Shown here: in pieces, positions 28,041 to 36,974 of the stretch
How positions within the stretch are numbered: position 1 is the stretch's first letter
Layout: every line of letters begins with the position of its first letter
Source: Candidatus Norongarragalinales archaeon
GTDB taxonomy: Archaea > Micrarchaeota > Micrarchaeia > Norongarragalinales > Norongarragalinaceae
Direction: 5' to 3'
Length of the DNA: 64,000 bases
Assembly (NCBI GenBank): GCA_038884755.1
Contig: JAWABJ010000001.1
Location: 160,001-224,000 of the forward strand
Notes under the pieces: model-generated
Database searches by the model: none
Seen by the model: the letters and a program-made list of their open reading frames with translations, nothing else
What the model was told of the DNA's origin: nothing
Position numbers and translations under genes: made by a program

Positions 28041-29114
28041 ATGCCCGCGGACTCCAAACAAGGCAAACCCCCCGTAGTGAAACCCGCGCCTCCTGTGCAG
28101 GAAGTCCACAAGGAAATAGTCATCCCCTTGCGTTTCAAGGTTGGAAAAGAGTTTACTTCGAAACTGCCTTTCCTCGTCGCCTTGTTCCTGTTCTTTTCCT
28201 TTTCTATGGTGATGTTCGACAAGAGCAACTTCAAAACGACGGACTTGAGCGACTTGCAGCGCGTGTATTTCAACATTCCCAAGCTCTACAGCCTTTCGTT
28301 TATTCTCTTCATGGTTCTCTTTTCCCTTGCCATGGCGCTAGGCATATACTATTCCATCGGCTTAGGGTGGATTCCTTCTTTGCTTGTCGTTCCCGCCACG
28401 TTCCTTCCAGCGGTAGTCGCTGGAATGCTGTTCTTTCCCGCCTTGACCGGCGCGTTCATGGTCTTCGCCTTGACGATTTCGTTCACTTCCCTCGTTGCAT
28501 CGTTCTGGCCCGGATACTCCCTGTCCCGCGCATGGTCGATACTGAGCCTTTCGATGGTGTTGTTCGCTTTGCTGGCGTTTTTCGTGGTTTTCTACAAGGT
28601 TGCCGAGAACAAGGACGTGCATGTCGACTTGTTCTTGAACTCGCTCGTGGCGCAGTCTCAAGGCGGGGGTTTGGGAAGCATTTCCATTCCCGCGCAAGTG
28701 ATTTCATCTTCATTGACCAAGGATGATTTCGCCTCGTTCATAACCCAGAACGACATTCGCGATCTGCTTCTTTCCAGCTATCCCAACTTCGCTTCGCTTT
28801 CCGACCAGGAAAAGGAGGCGGCGATAACGGCGTTTCACACTAAAATGGTTGATTTGGGCTTCAAGTCGTTCCAGGAGAATTCCGGCTTGATTTCGGACGC
28901 GTTGGGGCGCTCGCTGTCTTCGCGCTTCGCGAGCGGTTCCGAGGCGTTGAAACAGCAGATTTACCTTTTGCCCCAGTTTAAGCTCATTTACGACCGCTAC
29001 GCGTTCTTTTCAGGGGCGTTGGCTGCGCTGGTGGCGTCGTTCATCGCGATTTTCATCCAAATCCTCGCAGTCGCCTTTCTTTTCGCCTTGCACAAGCTCG
29101 TTCCGCAGCCTTGA
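28041..29114 (+). CDS. Hypothetical polytopic membrane protein
   Basis: Multiple TM segments with one large soluble loop. Confidence 0.65.
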   Translation: MPADSKQGKPPVVKPAPPVQEVHKEIVIPLRFKVGKEFTSKLPFLVALFLFFSFSMVMFDKSNFKTTDLSDLQRVYFNIPKLYSLSFILFMVLFSLAMALGIYYSIGLGWIPSLLVVPATFLPAVVAGMLFFPALTGAFMVFALTISFTSLVASFWPGYSLSRAWSILSLSMVLFALLAFFVVFYKVAENKDVHVDLFLNSLVAQSQGGGLGSISIPAQVISSSLTKDDFASFITQNDIRDLLLSSYPNFASLSDQEKEAAITAFHTKMVDLGFKSFQENSGLISDALGRSLSSRFASGSEALKQQIYLLPQFKLIYDRYAFFSGALAALVASFIAIFIQILAVAFLFALHKLVPQP

Positions 29115-29160
29115 AAATCAGCTGGTTTTATTTCTTTGCGCGGGCAAACTATTCTACAGT

Positions 29161-29323
29161 GGGCCTTTAGTATAGCCTGGATAGAATAGGGGCTTCCGAA
29201 GCCTCAGACAGGGGTTCGAAGACCGCCTTTTCTTTTTAGAAAAAGAAAATGCGGTCGGCCGAAAAGAAAACGGTCGTCAGTCTCAAAGAAGCGCGGACTA
29301 GAACGGAAATCCCCTAAGGCCCG
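29161..29323 (+). tRNA. tRNA-Arg(CCG) with an 89-nt intron at 59/60 (29221-29309)
   Basis: GGGCCTT/AAGGCCC; GGGGC-TTCCGAA-GCCTC; AGGGG-TTCGAA|T-CCCCT; TTCG/CGGA helix. Confidence 0.9.
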
Positions 29324-29405
29324 CTTTGCGCTAACCGGCGAGAGCTCAAGCTCGAGCTTTCGCAAGGTAGAGAATAAGAAACCCGCAGTGAAAATTATTT
29401 ATCAC

Positions 29406-29525
29406 GGGCCCGTGTGGTAATGGACAACCGGCGGGGCTTCGGACCCCGAGTTGCGCGTTCGAAGAACCTTTCTTTGCGAAAGAAAGCTTTGCCAAAGAAA
29501 GGCAGCGAAAATCGCGCCGGGCCCG
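29406..29525 (+). tRNA. tRNA-Arg(TCG) with a 48-nt intron at 59/60 (29464-29511)
   Basis: GGGCCCG/CGGGCCC; CGGGG-CTTCGGA-CCCCG; GCGCG-TTCGAA|T-CGCGC; TTCG/CGAA helix. Confidence 0.88.
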
Positions 29526-29526
29526 C

Positions 29527-29576
29527 TTAAACTTTCTTTTTTTTGCGAAAAAAGAAAGTTTAATCAAAGAAAAAGG
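29527..29576 (+). repeat. Family A element in the tRNA-Arg(TCG) trailer
   Basis: TTAAACTTTCTTTTTTT-GCG-AAAAAAGAAAGTTTAA-TC-AAAGAAAAAG. Confidence 0.8.
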
Positions 29577-29583
29577 GAAGGAA

Positions 29584-31461
29584 ATGTTTGTCGCGCTTTT
29601 GTTTCTCTTGAGTTCGCTTTACTCCGGGTTCGTCGCCGCGAAAAAACTCGGCATTCTGGATACCGAAATCAAGCGGCTTTCGATTGGTTTTCTCGCGGGT
29701 TTCGTGCTGCAAAGCGCGTTTTTGCTCGCGCTGTCGTGGCTTTCCGGCGGGCTTGAGGAGCAATGGATTCTGCTTTCGTCGGTTGTTTTCGTTTTGGCCG
29801 CTTTCGCTTTCGACAGGCGTTTCGCCGTTGCGAGATTGAGGGAAAGGAGGCTTCCTTTCGTTTCCAACGCGGACAGGATTGCCCTCGCTTTTTCCCTGTT
29901 GTTTCTTGCCTTGAATTTCCTTGCAATCCTGCATCCCACGCAAACCGGCTTCGAGTCTGTGGCGAGCGTTTGGGGGGATTATCCCCTGCATTTGAGCATA
30001 GCGAATTCCTTCGCATTGCGGGACAATTTTCCGCCGCAATACCCCGTTTTGCTGGGAGAGCCTTTGAAATACTCTTTCCTGTTCGACTTCAGTTCCGCAA
30101 TACTGTTGAAAGGCGGTTTCGACTTCCGTTCGGCATTCCTTGTGCCAAACGCCTTGGTTTTCGTGGCTTTCGCGCTGGCGCTGGTGCTGTTGTGCGAGCT
30201 TTTCGCCGGAAGCAAGGGAAGGGTTTTGTTCGTTTTCCTGGCTTTCGCATTGTTTTTCTTCAACGGGAACTACGGGATGGCGGGCGCGCTTGAAGACGCT
30301 TTTTCGCAGGGAAGCCTGTCGCCGCTTTTGCACCCCGACCGCAATTATTCCAACGCAGACGACAAGGGCGTGGTGGTGATGAACTGGGTTTACTCCATTC
30401 TCATGCCGGCGAGAAGCGCTTTGTTGGGCCTGGCAATTTCGGTTTTCACTTACGCCGTGCTTTTCTCGAGCGTGTTGAATTCGCGTTGGAACAGGCGGGA
30501 GCTTTTTGCAGCGGGCGTTTTGGCCGGGCTTTTGCCTCTAGCCCACGCGCACTCGCTAGTGGTTGTTGGTGCGGTTGCCGGGTTTTTGTTCCTGTTTTCC
30601 GTGCGAAAGTGGAAAGAGTGGGTTTTTTTCGCCGGTCCCGCCGCAGTTATTGCCTTGCCGCAGTTGGCTTGGCTTTCTTCCAAGGTTTTCTTCAAAATTT
30701 TTCCCGGTTGGCTTTCGCCGGAAAAAAGCTTTCTAGGTGTTGCAGAGTTTTGGGTCAAGAATGGGTGGGCCGTGCTCCTTTGCTTTGCGGCTTGGCTTGC
30801 GTTCGCTTTGAAAAGCAATGACTGGAAAAGACTGGCTCTCGCCGCTCCCTTCGCCTTGGTTTTCGTGCTTGCGAACCTCTTCGTGCTTCAACCGTGGGAG
30901 TGGGACAACACCAAGTTTTTCATGCAATTCTTTCTTTTCGCCTGCATTGCAAGCGCGTTGTTCCTGGAGTCGCTGTGGACGGCACAAGGAAAACAACGAA
31001 TTTTGCACAAGGCGGTCGTTGTCGTGATAGTGCTTTTGGGAGTTGCGTCGGGAGTGCTGGCAATATTGTGGACCGGCTGGGGGGACAACGCGCGTTACGA
31101 GACGTTCTCGAAAGAGGACGTTGCGCTTGCTGCATGGATAACTGTCAACACGCCTAGCGGCGCGTTGTTTTTGAGTTCCACTTTCCACCATAATCCAGTG
31201 CCTGCTCTGGCCGGAAGGCAGATTGTGGCCGGGTACGAAGGCTGGCTGTGGAGCCACGGGCTAAACTACCAAAAGACTTTGCAGGACGCCAAGAAAATGT
31301 TCGAAGAGGCGGACTGCCGTTTGATGGGCGAGTACGGAGTTGATTTCGTGCTTGTAAGAAAAACGTGGGAGGATGCGGCGTTGTACGAAGGAAAAGGTTT
31401 CGAAAGGGTTTATTCCGACCGACGCGGGAACATGGTTTTCAAGTCCAATTGCATTGCATAG
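29584..31461 (+). CDS. Polytopic membrane protein, GT-C-like glycosyltransferase
   Basis: WGDYPLHLSIANSF..NFPPQYPVLLGEPLKYSF, PWEWDNTK, C-terminal WITVNTPSGALF domain. Confidence 0.7.
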   Translation: MFVALLFLLSSLYSGFVAAKKLGILDTEIKRLSIGFLAGFVLQSAFLLALSWLSGGLEEQWILLSSVVFVLAAFAFDRRFAVARLRERRLPFVSNADRIALAFSLLFLALNFLAILHPTQTGFESVASVWGDYPLHLSIANSFALRDNFPPQYPVLLGEPLKYSFLFDFSSAILLKGGFDFRSAFLVPNALVFVAFALALVLLCELFAGSKGRVLFVFLAFALFFFNGNYGMAGALEDAFSQGSLSPLLHPDRNYSNADDKGVVVMNWVYSILMPARSALLGLAISVFTYAVLFSSVLNSRWNRRELFAAGVLAGLLPLAHAHSLVVVGAVAGFLFLFSVRKWKEWVFFAGPAAVIALPQLAWLSSKVFFKIFPGWLSPEKSFLGVAEFWVKNGWAVLLCFAAWLAFALKSNDWKRLALAAPFALVFVLANLFVLQPWEWDNTKFFMQFFLFACIASALFLESLWTAQGKQRILHKAVVVVIVLLGVASGVLAILWTGWGDNARYETFSKEDVALAAWITVNTPSGALFLSSTFHHNPVPALAGRQIVAGYEGWLWSHGLNYQKTLQDAKKMFEEADCRLMGEYGVDFVLVRKTWEDAALYEGKGFERVYSDRRGNMVFKSNCIA

Positions 31462-32489
31462 TCGGCAAGCTGTTTGAATGCAAACGCCGCAAGAACTACG
31501 AGCGGGACTTGCAGGAACACTATGAACCTGTCCATGAAGACGCGCACGCCCACCAAGTCGTTTTTGATGAAGGCGAAGCCCGCGAGCGCCAACGCTATCA
31601 AAAGCAGCTCCCTGTCTCTCGGCTGGAAAAAGTTTCTAGCCGCGAGCAGCACAAACCCAAGCACGCTTCCGGCAGTCAAAACCAACCCGTTCTTTTCCAA
31701 AAACAAGTCGAATCCCACTGGGTTGCCTTCGTGGTTTGAAAACTGGGCTATGTCGAAAATGTTGGCGTTGCCTGTCGCTATAAAGTGCCATCCGACGTAT
31801 GCAATAAGAGCCAGTGCCCAGCACAACAATGCGGTCCAAGCGCTTTCCGAAGGCATTGCGACTTTCCTCGTTTGGGCGAATTGGGAGAAAACCTTGAGCG
31901 CGGCGAAAGCGAACGCTCCCGCCGCAAGGAACGCGATTGTTTCCTGGTGGACCATGGCGATTGCAAAAGTCAAAAGCAACGCCGTTTTCCGCTTGTTGCG
32001 GGCGATGGCGTAGAAGGCGAAGGGAAGCAAAGCCAGTCCCAGCCCCTGCGGCAGCGGGCGGACGGTATAAATGAGCAGTTCGGCGGGAAGGGAAGCGAAA
32101 AACGCTGCCGCCAGTCCCGTGAAGTCGTCGAACACCTCTCTTGCAAACAGGAAAAAGCCTATGGGCAAAAGAATTGCGAAAAGCATCACCAGCATTCTTT
32201 GCGCGAAATCCACGTCTTGCAAAACGAACGTGGTTCCCGCAAGCAAGAGCCTGTAGCCCGGAACGTAAAGCGCCGGAATCCCGCCGCCGTAAGAGTAATC
32301 GTTTTGCAGCGGGTATTCGCCGTGCTTGAGAATGTGCTGTGCGAAAGCAACGTGGATGTTGGTGTTGCCGTACGTGGGGTAGTACCACTCTTTCCAAACC
32401 ATCGAGTGCGAGTGGAGGCTTGTCACGACCGCAATGAAAAGCAGTGCGTAAACCAAAAGCTTGTCCTTGTCCAGGTTGCGCAAATCCAT
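31410..32489 (-). CDS. GT-C/PMT-like membrane domain protein
   Basis: First loop H..FAQHI..G.YP..Y.GG.P.LYVPGY followed by many TMs; ends shortly after DRF motif. Confidence 0.6.
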   Translation of the reverse strand: MDLRNLDKDKLLVYALLFIAVVTSLHSHSMVWKEWYYPTYGNTNIHVAFAQHILKHGEYPLQNDYSYGGGIPALYVPGYRLLLAGTTFVLQDVDFAQRMLVMLFAILLPIGFFLFAREVFDDFTGLAAAFFASLPAELLIYTVRPLPQGLGLALLPFAFYAIARNKRKTALLLTFAIAMVHQETIAFLAAGAFAFAALKVFSQFAQTRKVAMPSESAWTALLCWALALIAYVGWHFIATGNANIFDIAQFSNHEGNPVGFDLFLEKNGLVLTAGSVLGFVLLAARNFFQPRDRELLLIALALAGFAFIKNDLVGVRVFMDRFIVFLQVPLVVLAAFAFKQLADYAMQLDLKTMFPRRSE

Positions 32490-32493
32490 GAAA

Positions 32494-33003
32494 TCACGGT
32501 TTCTTTACTTTGTAAATCCTGTGCCCGTTGTCGAAAACCTTTTCGAAGTACTGAGAATCGCCGAATATGGTGTAGTCCGCCCCTTTCCAAGTGAACCCGG
32601 GGAACAGAGACCGGTCGGGCACCCAGACGTATTCGGCGCGGTATTTCAACGCGGTTTCCCACGCTTGCCTTCCGCTTTTGGCTTCGTAAAAATTGTATTG
32701 GATGTCGTGCATTCTCTGCACTACGTTCGGCACTATCGCCCAATCCCCGCCTTCGGTTCCTTCGCGCAGCACGCTCATCAAAAGCTCTCCGCCGAAAATG
32801 TCGCTCACGAACACCGTGCGTTCGGGCGTGTTTTGCAAAACCCATTCCAGCGCGGATACCTCGTTTTTGGAAACGACGGGGTTCATCCAGGGCTTCGCCT
32901 GGTTGAGCGCAGCGTCAAAATCCTTGTTGGCGAAGTAAATGACGAGTGCGAAAAGCAAGAGCACCGGAACGTATTGCAGTGCCTTGCGGGCGTCGGATTC
33001 CAT
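32494..33003 (-). CDS. Membrane-anchored protein resembling the C-terminal soluble domain of GT-C/STT3-like enzymes
   Basis: One TM, then EVSALEWVLQNTPERTVFVSD..LKYRAEYVWV..FEKVFDNG..IYKV. Confidence 0.6.
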   Translation of the reverse strand: MESDARKALQYVPVLLLFALVIYFANKDFDAALNQAKPWMNPVVSKNEVSALEWVLQNTPERTVFVSDIFGGELLMSVLREGTEGGDWAIVPNVVQRMHDIQYNFYEAKSGRQAWETALKYRAEYVWVPDRSLFPGFTWKGADYTIFGDSQYFEKVFDNGHRIYKVKKP

Positions 33004-33058
33004 GTCCTATTCCTTTCAACCACTAAAAATTTAAGTGCTTTCACGCGGTTCTATTGCC

Positions 33059-33718
33059 ATGCAAAAAGACGTGAGGAAAGTTTACGACGCGATTGCCGAA
33101 CGCTGGAACGAGAGGCACTACAAAACGCGTTCTTGGGTCAGGTTTTTCAGGCCGATGCTCAAGAAAAACGACGTTGTGCTGGACGCGGGCTGCGGCAACG
33201 GCGTGAACGCAATTTCGTTCGCCCCTTTCGTCCGCAAAATCTACGCGGTCGACTTCTCGCCGAAAATGGTTGAATACGCGAAGCGCAACGTCCGCAAAGC
33301 CAAGCTTTCAAAAAAAATCATTGCGAGCAAGGCTGACGTGCTCAAGCTTCCCTTCAAAAATTCTTTCTTCAACGTTGCGGCGTATTTCGCGGTCGCCCAC
33401 CATTTTTCCGGAAAGCGGGAATTGCAATTGCTTTTTTCCGAAATGAGCCGGGTTTTGAAGAAAAAGGGGTTTGCTTTCGTGACCGTGCGCTGCGAAGGCT
33501 GGTCTGCCCAGGAGGCTGGCAAAGCAGTGTTTTTCAATTACGCCGGCAAAACAGGGTTGACTTTGCCGAGAATCTACAGTTCTCCAGGCAAGAAAACCCT
33601 GGTTTCCGTTGCGTCGAAAAGCGGGCTTGCGCTTCGAAAGTTTTTCTTCGAGAGGAAGGGCAGGCTTTGCACGAAACGCGAAGCGCGAAACTTTTGCCTG
33701 GTTTTCCAAAAGCTTTGA
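33059..33718 (+). CDS. Class I SAM-dependent methyltransferase (Trm9/ALKBH8-like)
   Basis: VRKVYDAIAERW, VLDAGCGNG, ADVLKLPF. Confidence 0.8.
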   Translation: MQKDVRKVYDAIAERWNERHYKTRSWVRFFRPMLKKNDVVLDAGCGNGVNAISFAPFVRKIYAVDFSPKMVEYAKRNVRKAKLSKKIIASKADVLKLPFKNSFFNVAAYFAVAHHFSGKRELQLLFSEMSRVLKKKGFAFVTVRCEGWSAQEAGKAVFFNYAGKTGLTLPRIYSSPGKKTLVSVASKSGLALRKFFFERKGRLCTKREARNFCLVFQKL

Positions 33719-34369
33719 TTACTTCTTGCGCAAAACCAAAAACAAGTGGTCTTGCTCGAACGGCTCCAAGGGGATTTCCTGCTCGATTTCGAAAGCCTCG
33801 GAAAGGGTTTTTTTCACTTTCGCGTACACGCGCGCAGGTTCTTCGACGGAATTTATTGCGCGTGACTTGATTGCAATCAGCGCATAACCCCCTTTCGCGA
33901 GAAAACGGGAGTTCGCGTTGAGTATTTCCGCCTGCTGGGGGTCTGCAACATCCTCGAAAACCACATCGACAGAGCCGATTTCCTCGTAATTCTCGGGCTT
34001 GCGCGCGTCGGCAAGGATGGGTATCATGTTGCCCCGTTTTTCGCACACGCTGATTAAATCGCGCATGGCGATGGGTGCTACTTCAATGCAGTAAACTTCC
34101 CCTTTGCTTCCCACTATGTCGCTTACGAACGAGGGCGTGGCGCCGTGTGCTGCGCCCAAATAAAGGACTTTAGACCCTTTGGTTATGGGCATGTGCTTGA
34201 TGCCTTTCGCAATCGCCGCGCAAAGCTTGCTTTGGTGGGGGTTCCACTCGCGGTATTGAATTCCTTTTTCCTCGACGAGCTTTTCCCCGTGCACCTTGAA
34301 TCCTTTGAGGGAATTGCGCGTGTAGAAAAAGCTGTTTTGCGCGTAAATCCCCGGAAAAATTTCTTTCAC
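33719..34369 (-). CDS. flpA: Fibrillarin (C/D RNP 2'-O-methyltransferase)
   Basis: YREWNPHQSKL, VLYLGAAHGATPSFVSD, PILADARKP. Confidence 0.95.
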   Translation of the reverse strand: MKEIFPGIYAQNSFFYTRNSLKGFKVHGEKLVEEKGIQYREWNPHQSKLCAAIAKGIKHMPITKGSKVLYLGAAHGATPSFVSDIVGSKGEVYCIEVAPIAMRDLISVCEKRGNMIPILADARKPENYEEIGSVDVVFEDVADPQQAEILNANSRFLAKGGYALIAIKSRAINSVEEPARVYAKVKKTLSEAFEIEQEIPLEPFEQDHLFLVLRKK

Positions 34370-34389
34370 GCGTCACAGCACCTGAAGAG

Positions 34390-35367
34390 TCAGCGCCTGC
34401 CTTTGTTGAAGCGCTTGAAAGGCTTTTTGCCGAACGATTTTCCGCTCCCGCCGTGGAAAGGCCTGCCTTCGACCGGCCTTCCGCCGAATCTCCTTTCGCC
34501 AAACGGCTTGCGCCTGTAATCGTCTTCCCTGCTGCCCTCGCGGTAGTTGTGCTTAGGCTTTTCGGACTGCGGTTTGATTGGCGTTTCCTGGATTTGTTTC
34601 AAGCGCTTTTCGAAATGCTCCTTGAGCTTTGGCGCGATGAAGTGGTGAGTGTAGAAGTCAGCCTTAGCGGCAATCGCCAGTTTGGTTGCAAGCGCGCGCG
34701 CGATGCGCCCGCGCTGGTGCATAGGCGCGGAGTTTATTGCAGGATGCTGGAATATGATGCCGTGCTTCGGTGGGCGCGTGTGTTGTCTTAAGTGTTTGAA
34801 CAAACTCTTTTCGGCGCCAATTACTTGAATGGTTGAAGCTGGCATTTCCGCCAGGTTTTTGAGCGAGCCTGCGAGCGCAAGAAGCCTTGCGGCGAGCAGC
34901 GGGTCGAGCAAATACGTCACGTTCTTGAGCTCTTTTTCAACCATGCCTTTCACGTATTCCTCAGTCTCTTTCCTCGCTTCCATGATTTCGGCTATTTGCT
35001 TTGCGAAAACTTGAACAGCCTTAGAGTCTTCCTTGTCGAACTTCGCTCCATAACTGGATTCAGAGGCGACCATGATGGCGTTTGCCTTCGACTCGCTGGC
35101 TATTTCAGCAAGCTTTTTCTCCTCATAGTGCTCTTTGCTTCCGAACTCTGCCGCTATTCGCGCGAGCACGTCTTCGTTCACGCGCAAGTCGGGAAAATTG
35201 ACTTTATACCATTCGTTGAGCCTTTGCTGGAGTAGGCTTTTGACTTCGTCCAAATCGTCTATGCTACGTACGGCTTGGATGATCAACGCGTCTTTTTGGG
35301 ACAAAGCTTCCTGGGTTTGCTTTTTCGCCTTTTCCAAGAACTTTTTCCTAGTTTCAAGAGCCTTCAC
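34390..35367 (-). CDS. nop5: Nop5 (Nop56/58) C/D RNP scaffold
   Basis: IIQAVRSIDDLD, EWYKVNFP, PASTIQVIGAEKSLF, PPKHGIIF; probable GTG start at 35367. Confidence 0.93.
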   Translation of the reverse strand: MKALETRKKFLEKAKKQTQEALSQKDALIIQAVRSIDDLDEVKSLLQQRLNEWYKVNFPDLRVNEDVLARIAAEFGSKEHYEEKKLAEIASESKANAIMVASESSYGAKFDKEDSKAVQVFAKQIAEIMEARKETEEYVKGMVEKELKNVTYLLDPLLAARLLALAGSLKNLAEMPASTIQVIGAEKSLFKHLRQHTRPPKHGIIFQHPAINSAPMHQRGRIARALATKLAIAAKADFYTHHFIAPKLKEHFEKRLKQIQETPIKPQSEKPKHNYREGSREDDYRRKPFGERRFGGRPVEGRPFHGGSGKSFGKKPFKRFNKGRR

Positions 35368-35472
35368 TGTTAACCACCCTTCCGTAGAAAAGCAAAATAA
35401 CCGTTTTAAAACTCTATATAGAGTAAGATAGTAGCAGGGCGTTTTTAATCCCCGCGATTGAAGTGTGTTGAA

Positions 35473-36960
35473 ATGTCTCAAGCTCAAGGGAAAATAGACA
35501 AGGTCGTCAACCTGTGTTCGAGGCGCGGGTTGGTTTTCCCGAATTCCGAAATCTACTCTCCTCTCGGCGGGTTTTTCGACTACGCGCACTACGGACTCGC
35601 GATTAAAAAAAGAATCGCAAGTGCGTGGTGGGATTACTTCGTCAAGCAAAGGGAGGACGTAGTGGGTTTGGACGGCTCGATAATCTCCTCGCCCAAGGTT
35701 TGGAAAGCGAGCGGGCATCTTGAAAACTTTACCGACCCGCTGGTGGAATGCAAGAAATGCAAATCGCGCTTTCGCGCAGACCAGCTCGTGCGCGATGAAT
35801 TAAAGCTTGAAGTGGAAGGGCTGGACGAAAAAACGCTGGCGAAACTCATTAGCGAGCACAAGCTCGTGTGCGAAAAGTGCAGGGGAGAGCTTGCTGAAGC
35901 GAAGACGTTCAATTTGATGTTCAAGACGCAAGTGGGCGTTATTGAAGACGATGCGAACGCAGTTTTCCTTCGCCCCGAGACGGCGCAAACTATTTTCGCG
36001 GACTTCAAGTCAATCGCTGGTTTCGCGCGCAAAAAGCTTCCTTTCGGAATAGCGCAAATTGGAAAGGCGTTTAGAAACGAAATTTCTCCAAGGAATTTTC
36101 TTTTTCGCGCGCGAGAGTTCGAACAGATGGAATTGGAGTTTTTCCTGCACCCTAACAAAAGTCCGCGTTTCGATAAAATAAAGCTCAACCAAAAAATCAA
36201 GGTTTTTACCGCACGCGCCCAGTCTCAAAAAAGTGGGTTGGTTGAAAAAAGCGTGGAAAAGCTGTTTGAAGAAAAGATTGTTTCTAACGAATGGCTGGTG
36301 TACTGGCTTGCCGAAGCGTGGTTTTTCTTGACTGAAGAACTGGGACTGAAGAAAGAGAATCTGCGAATGCGCCAGCATGTCGCTACCGAGTTGTCGCACT
36401 ATTCGAAAGAAACCTGGGACGTGGAATATGATTATCCAGAGTGGGGCTGGAAGGAACTCGTGGGAATAGCCAACCGCGGGGACTTCGACTTGCAGCAGCA
36501 CCAAAAGCATTCAGGTAAAGACCTTTCGGTTTTCGACGAAGAGTCGAAGCAAAAGGTTCTGCCGACAGTCATCGAGCCTTCCTTCGGCTTGGACAGGCTT
36601 TTCTTCACGGTGCTTATCGATTCTTTCGAAGAAGAGGGTGAGAAGACTGTTTTGAAGCTCGAAAGGCGGATAGCGCCTCTCGACTGCGCGGTTTTCCCTC
36701 TGATGGCGAAAGACGGGCTGGACGAAAAAGCGAGAGAGGTTTTCGAAATGCTCAAGCACCTCGGGTTGGAGTGCGAGTACGACGAGAGAGGAAGCATTGG
36801 AAAGCGCTACGCTCGCATGGACGAAATCGGAGTGCCACTATGCATTACTGTCGATTACGATTCTTTGGAAAAGAACGATTGCACCGTGCGCTATCGCGAT
36901 TCGGGAAAGCAGGAAAGGGTTTTAATCACTCTTTTGCCTGAAAAACTGCATTCTGCCTGA
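35473..36960 (+). CDS. glyS: Glycyl-tRNA synthetase (alpha2 type)
   Basis: LRPETAQ, GKAFRNEISPR, REFEQMELEFF, IEPSFGLDR. Confidence 0.96.
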   Translation: MSQAQGKIDKVVNLCSRRGLVFPNSEIYSPLGGFFDYAHYGLAIKKRIASAWWDYFVKQREDVVGLDGSIISSPKVWKASGHLENFTDPLVECKKCKSRFRADQLVRDELKLEVEGLDEKTLAKLISEHKLVCEKCRGELAEAKTFNLMFKTQVGVIEDDANAVFLRPETAQTIFADFKSIAGFARKKLPFGIAQIGKAFRNEISPRNFLFRAREFEQMELEFFLHPNKSPRFDKIKLNQKIKVFTARAQSQKSGLVEKSVEKLFEEKIVSNEWLVYWLAEAWFFLTEELGLKKENLRMRQHVATELSHYSKETWDVEYDYPEWGWKELVGIANRGDFDLQQHQKHSGKDLSVFDEESKQKVLPTVIEPSFGLDRLFFTVLIDSFEEEGEKTVLKLERRIAPLDCAVFPLMAKDGLDEKAREVFEMLKHLGLECEYDERGSIGKRYARMDEIGVPLCITVDYDSLEKNDCTVRYRDSGKQERVLITLLPEKLHSA

Positions 36961-36974
36961 TTTGCCTGTTAAGT

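Noticed and set aside
35368..35718. N-terminal extension of the Nop5 ORF in the track
   Set aside because: It overlaps the divergent glyS gene and promoter and does not resemble Nop5.
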